Position numbers and translations under genes: made by a program. From Mobula hypostoma (taxonomy: Eukaryota): a stretch of DNA of 64,000 nucleotides. Shown here piece after piece: positions 62,980-64,000 of this stretch. Positions within the stretch are counted from its first letter, which is position 1. Each line of letters opens with the position of its first letter. The notes beneath the pieces were generated by a model. It worked only from the letters and a program-made list of their open reading frames with translations. It was not told the DNA's origin and did no database searches. Location of the stretch: NCBI RefSeq assembly GCF_963921235.1, contig NC_086097.1, forward strand, positions 128,404,001 to 128,468,000, read 5' to 3'.

Positions 62980-64000
62980 ATTAAGCTGGAAAGGTTGCAA
63001 AGGACATTGATGAGGATACAGCTGAAACCAGAATTATGGAGAGAAATTCAACGGGTTGAGATTTCATTCATGGGATTGTAGGAGAATGAGAGGTGATCTT
63101 ATAGACACATATAAGATCACTAGGGGCATAGAAAGGGCAAATGTATACAGTCTTTTTTTTCCCAGGATTGGGGAATCTAGAACAGGAGGCTATGAGTTTA
63201 AGGTGAGAAGGGAGAGATTTAATAGGAGCCTGAGGGGTAACTTTATGGACTGAGCTGCCAAAGGAAGTTTTAAGGCAGGCGCATTATCATCATTTAAAAG
63301 GTATATGGTCAGGTGGATGAATTGGAAAGGTTGAGAGGGATATGGTCAAATGTGGGCAAATGGGAAACTTGGCTGGCATAAACCAGTTAAGGCTGAAGGA
63401 TCTGTTTCCTTGTTATTTGACTCTATCACTCTATAACCCAATGAGACTCATGAAGTCTTACAGCACAGAAACAATCTTTTGGCCCAACTGGTCCATGTTG
63501 ACTAAGATGCCCAGCTAAGCTAGTCCCATTTACTTGCATTAGGCCATATCACTCTCCACTTATCCTGTCCATGTATTGTCTAAATGTCATTTAAATATTG
63601 TTTGACCTGCCCTGCCTCTACCACTTGCCCTGATAGCTGGTTCCATATACAGTATGCACCACCCTTTATGTGAAGAATTGCCACATAGCTTCTGTTTAAA
63701 CCTTAACCCCCCTCACCTTCAACTTATGTCCTCTAGTTTTGATCCCCTTCCCCTGGGAAAAAGACTGGGAGTACTAACCCTATCTATGCACATCTTGACT
63801 TTATATACCTGCAATAGTTCACCAGTCTCCTCCGTTCCAGGCACAAAGGCCCTGGCCTGCCCACCCTCTCCATTTAACTCAGGCCCTCGAGTCCTGTCAA
63901 CATACTTAGAAATCTTCTTTGCACTCTTTCCAGCTTAATTAAGTCTTTCCTATGATTGGCTAAGCAAAACTGTACACAATACTCCAGATCTTTGTCTTCA
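62980..64000. mobile_element. Two CR1 3' fragments tail-to-tail (plus 62980-63435, minus 63450-64000)
   Basis: ORF 63056..63253 has RRMRGDLIDTYKITRGIER. The minus copy starts with acagcacagaaacaatcttttggcccaac. Confidence 0.82.

Overview
Repeat-dense vertebrate genomic DNA, most likely from a cartilaginous fish (ray/shark). This is inferred from the mix of CR1, Rex1/Babar, L2, L1, HE1-like and Deu-type SINEs and Penelope-like elements. I cannot identify any host protein-coding gene. The ORFs I can recognise are all transposon fragments, and the window looks intronic or intergenic, with a few weak candidate exons and one repeat-free promoter-like block (about 14.3-15.7 kb). The most interesting system is a Penelope-like (Neptune-type) retroelement family. 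One copy keeps a GIY-YIG endonuclease with a Cys-rich linker (35.55-36.41 kb). About a dozen short, often palindromic relatives carry minimal hammerhead-ribozyme motifs, the best being a perfect 121-bp inverted repeat with a hammerhead core on each strand and a 13-bp flanking duplication (16344-16630). Hammerheads in Penelope-like elements are already known, so this is a good example of a described system, not demonstrably a new one. Also present are a 633-bp TIR DNA transposon with an unusual 7-bp target duplication, a 1.49-kb solo LTR, two nested Gypsy stacks, an L1 fragment and a 25-bp minisatellite. Family assignments come from motif recognition by eye, not database searches, and boundaries of old repeats are approximate.
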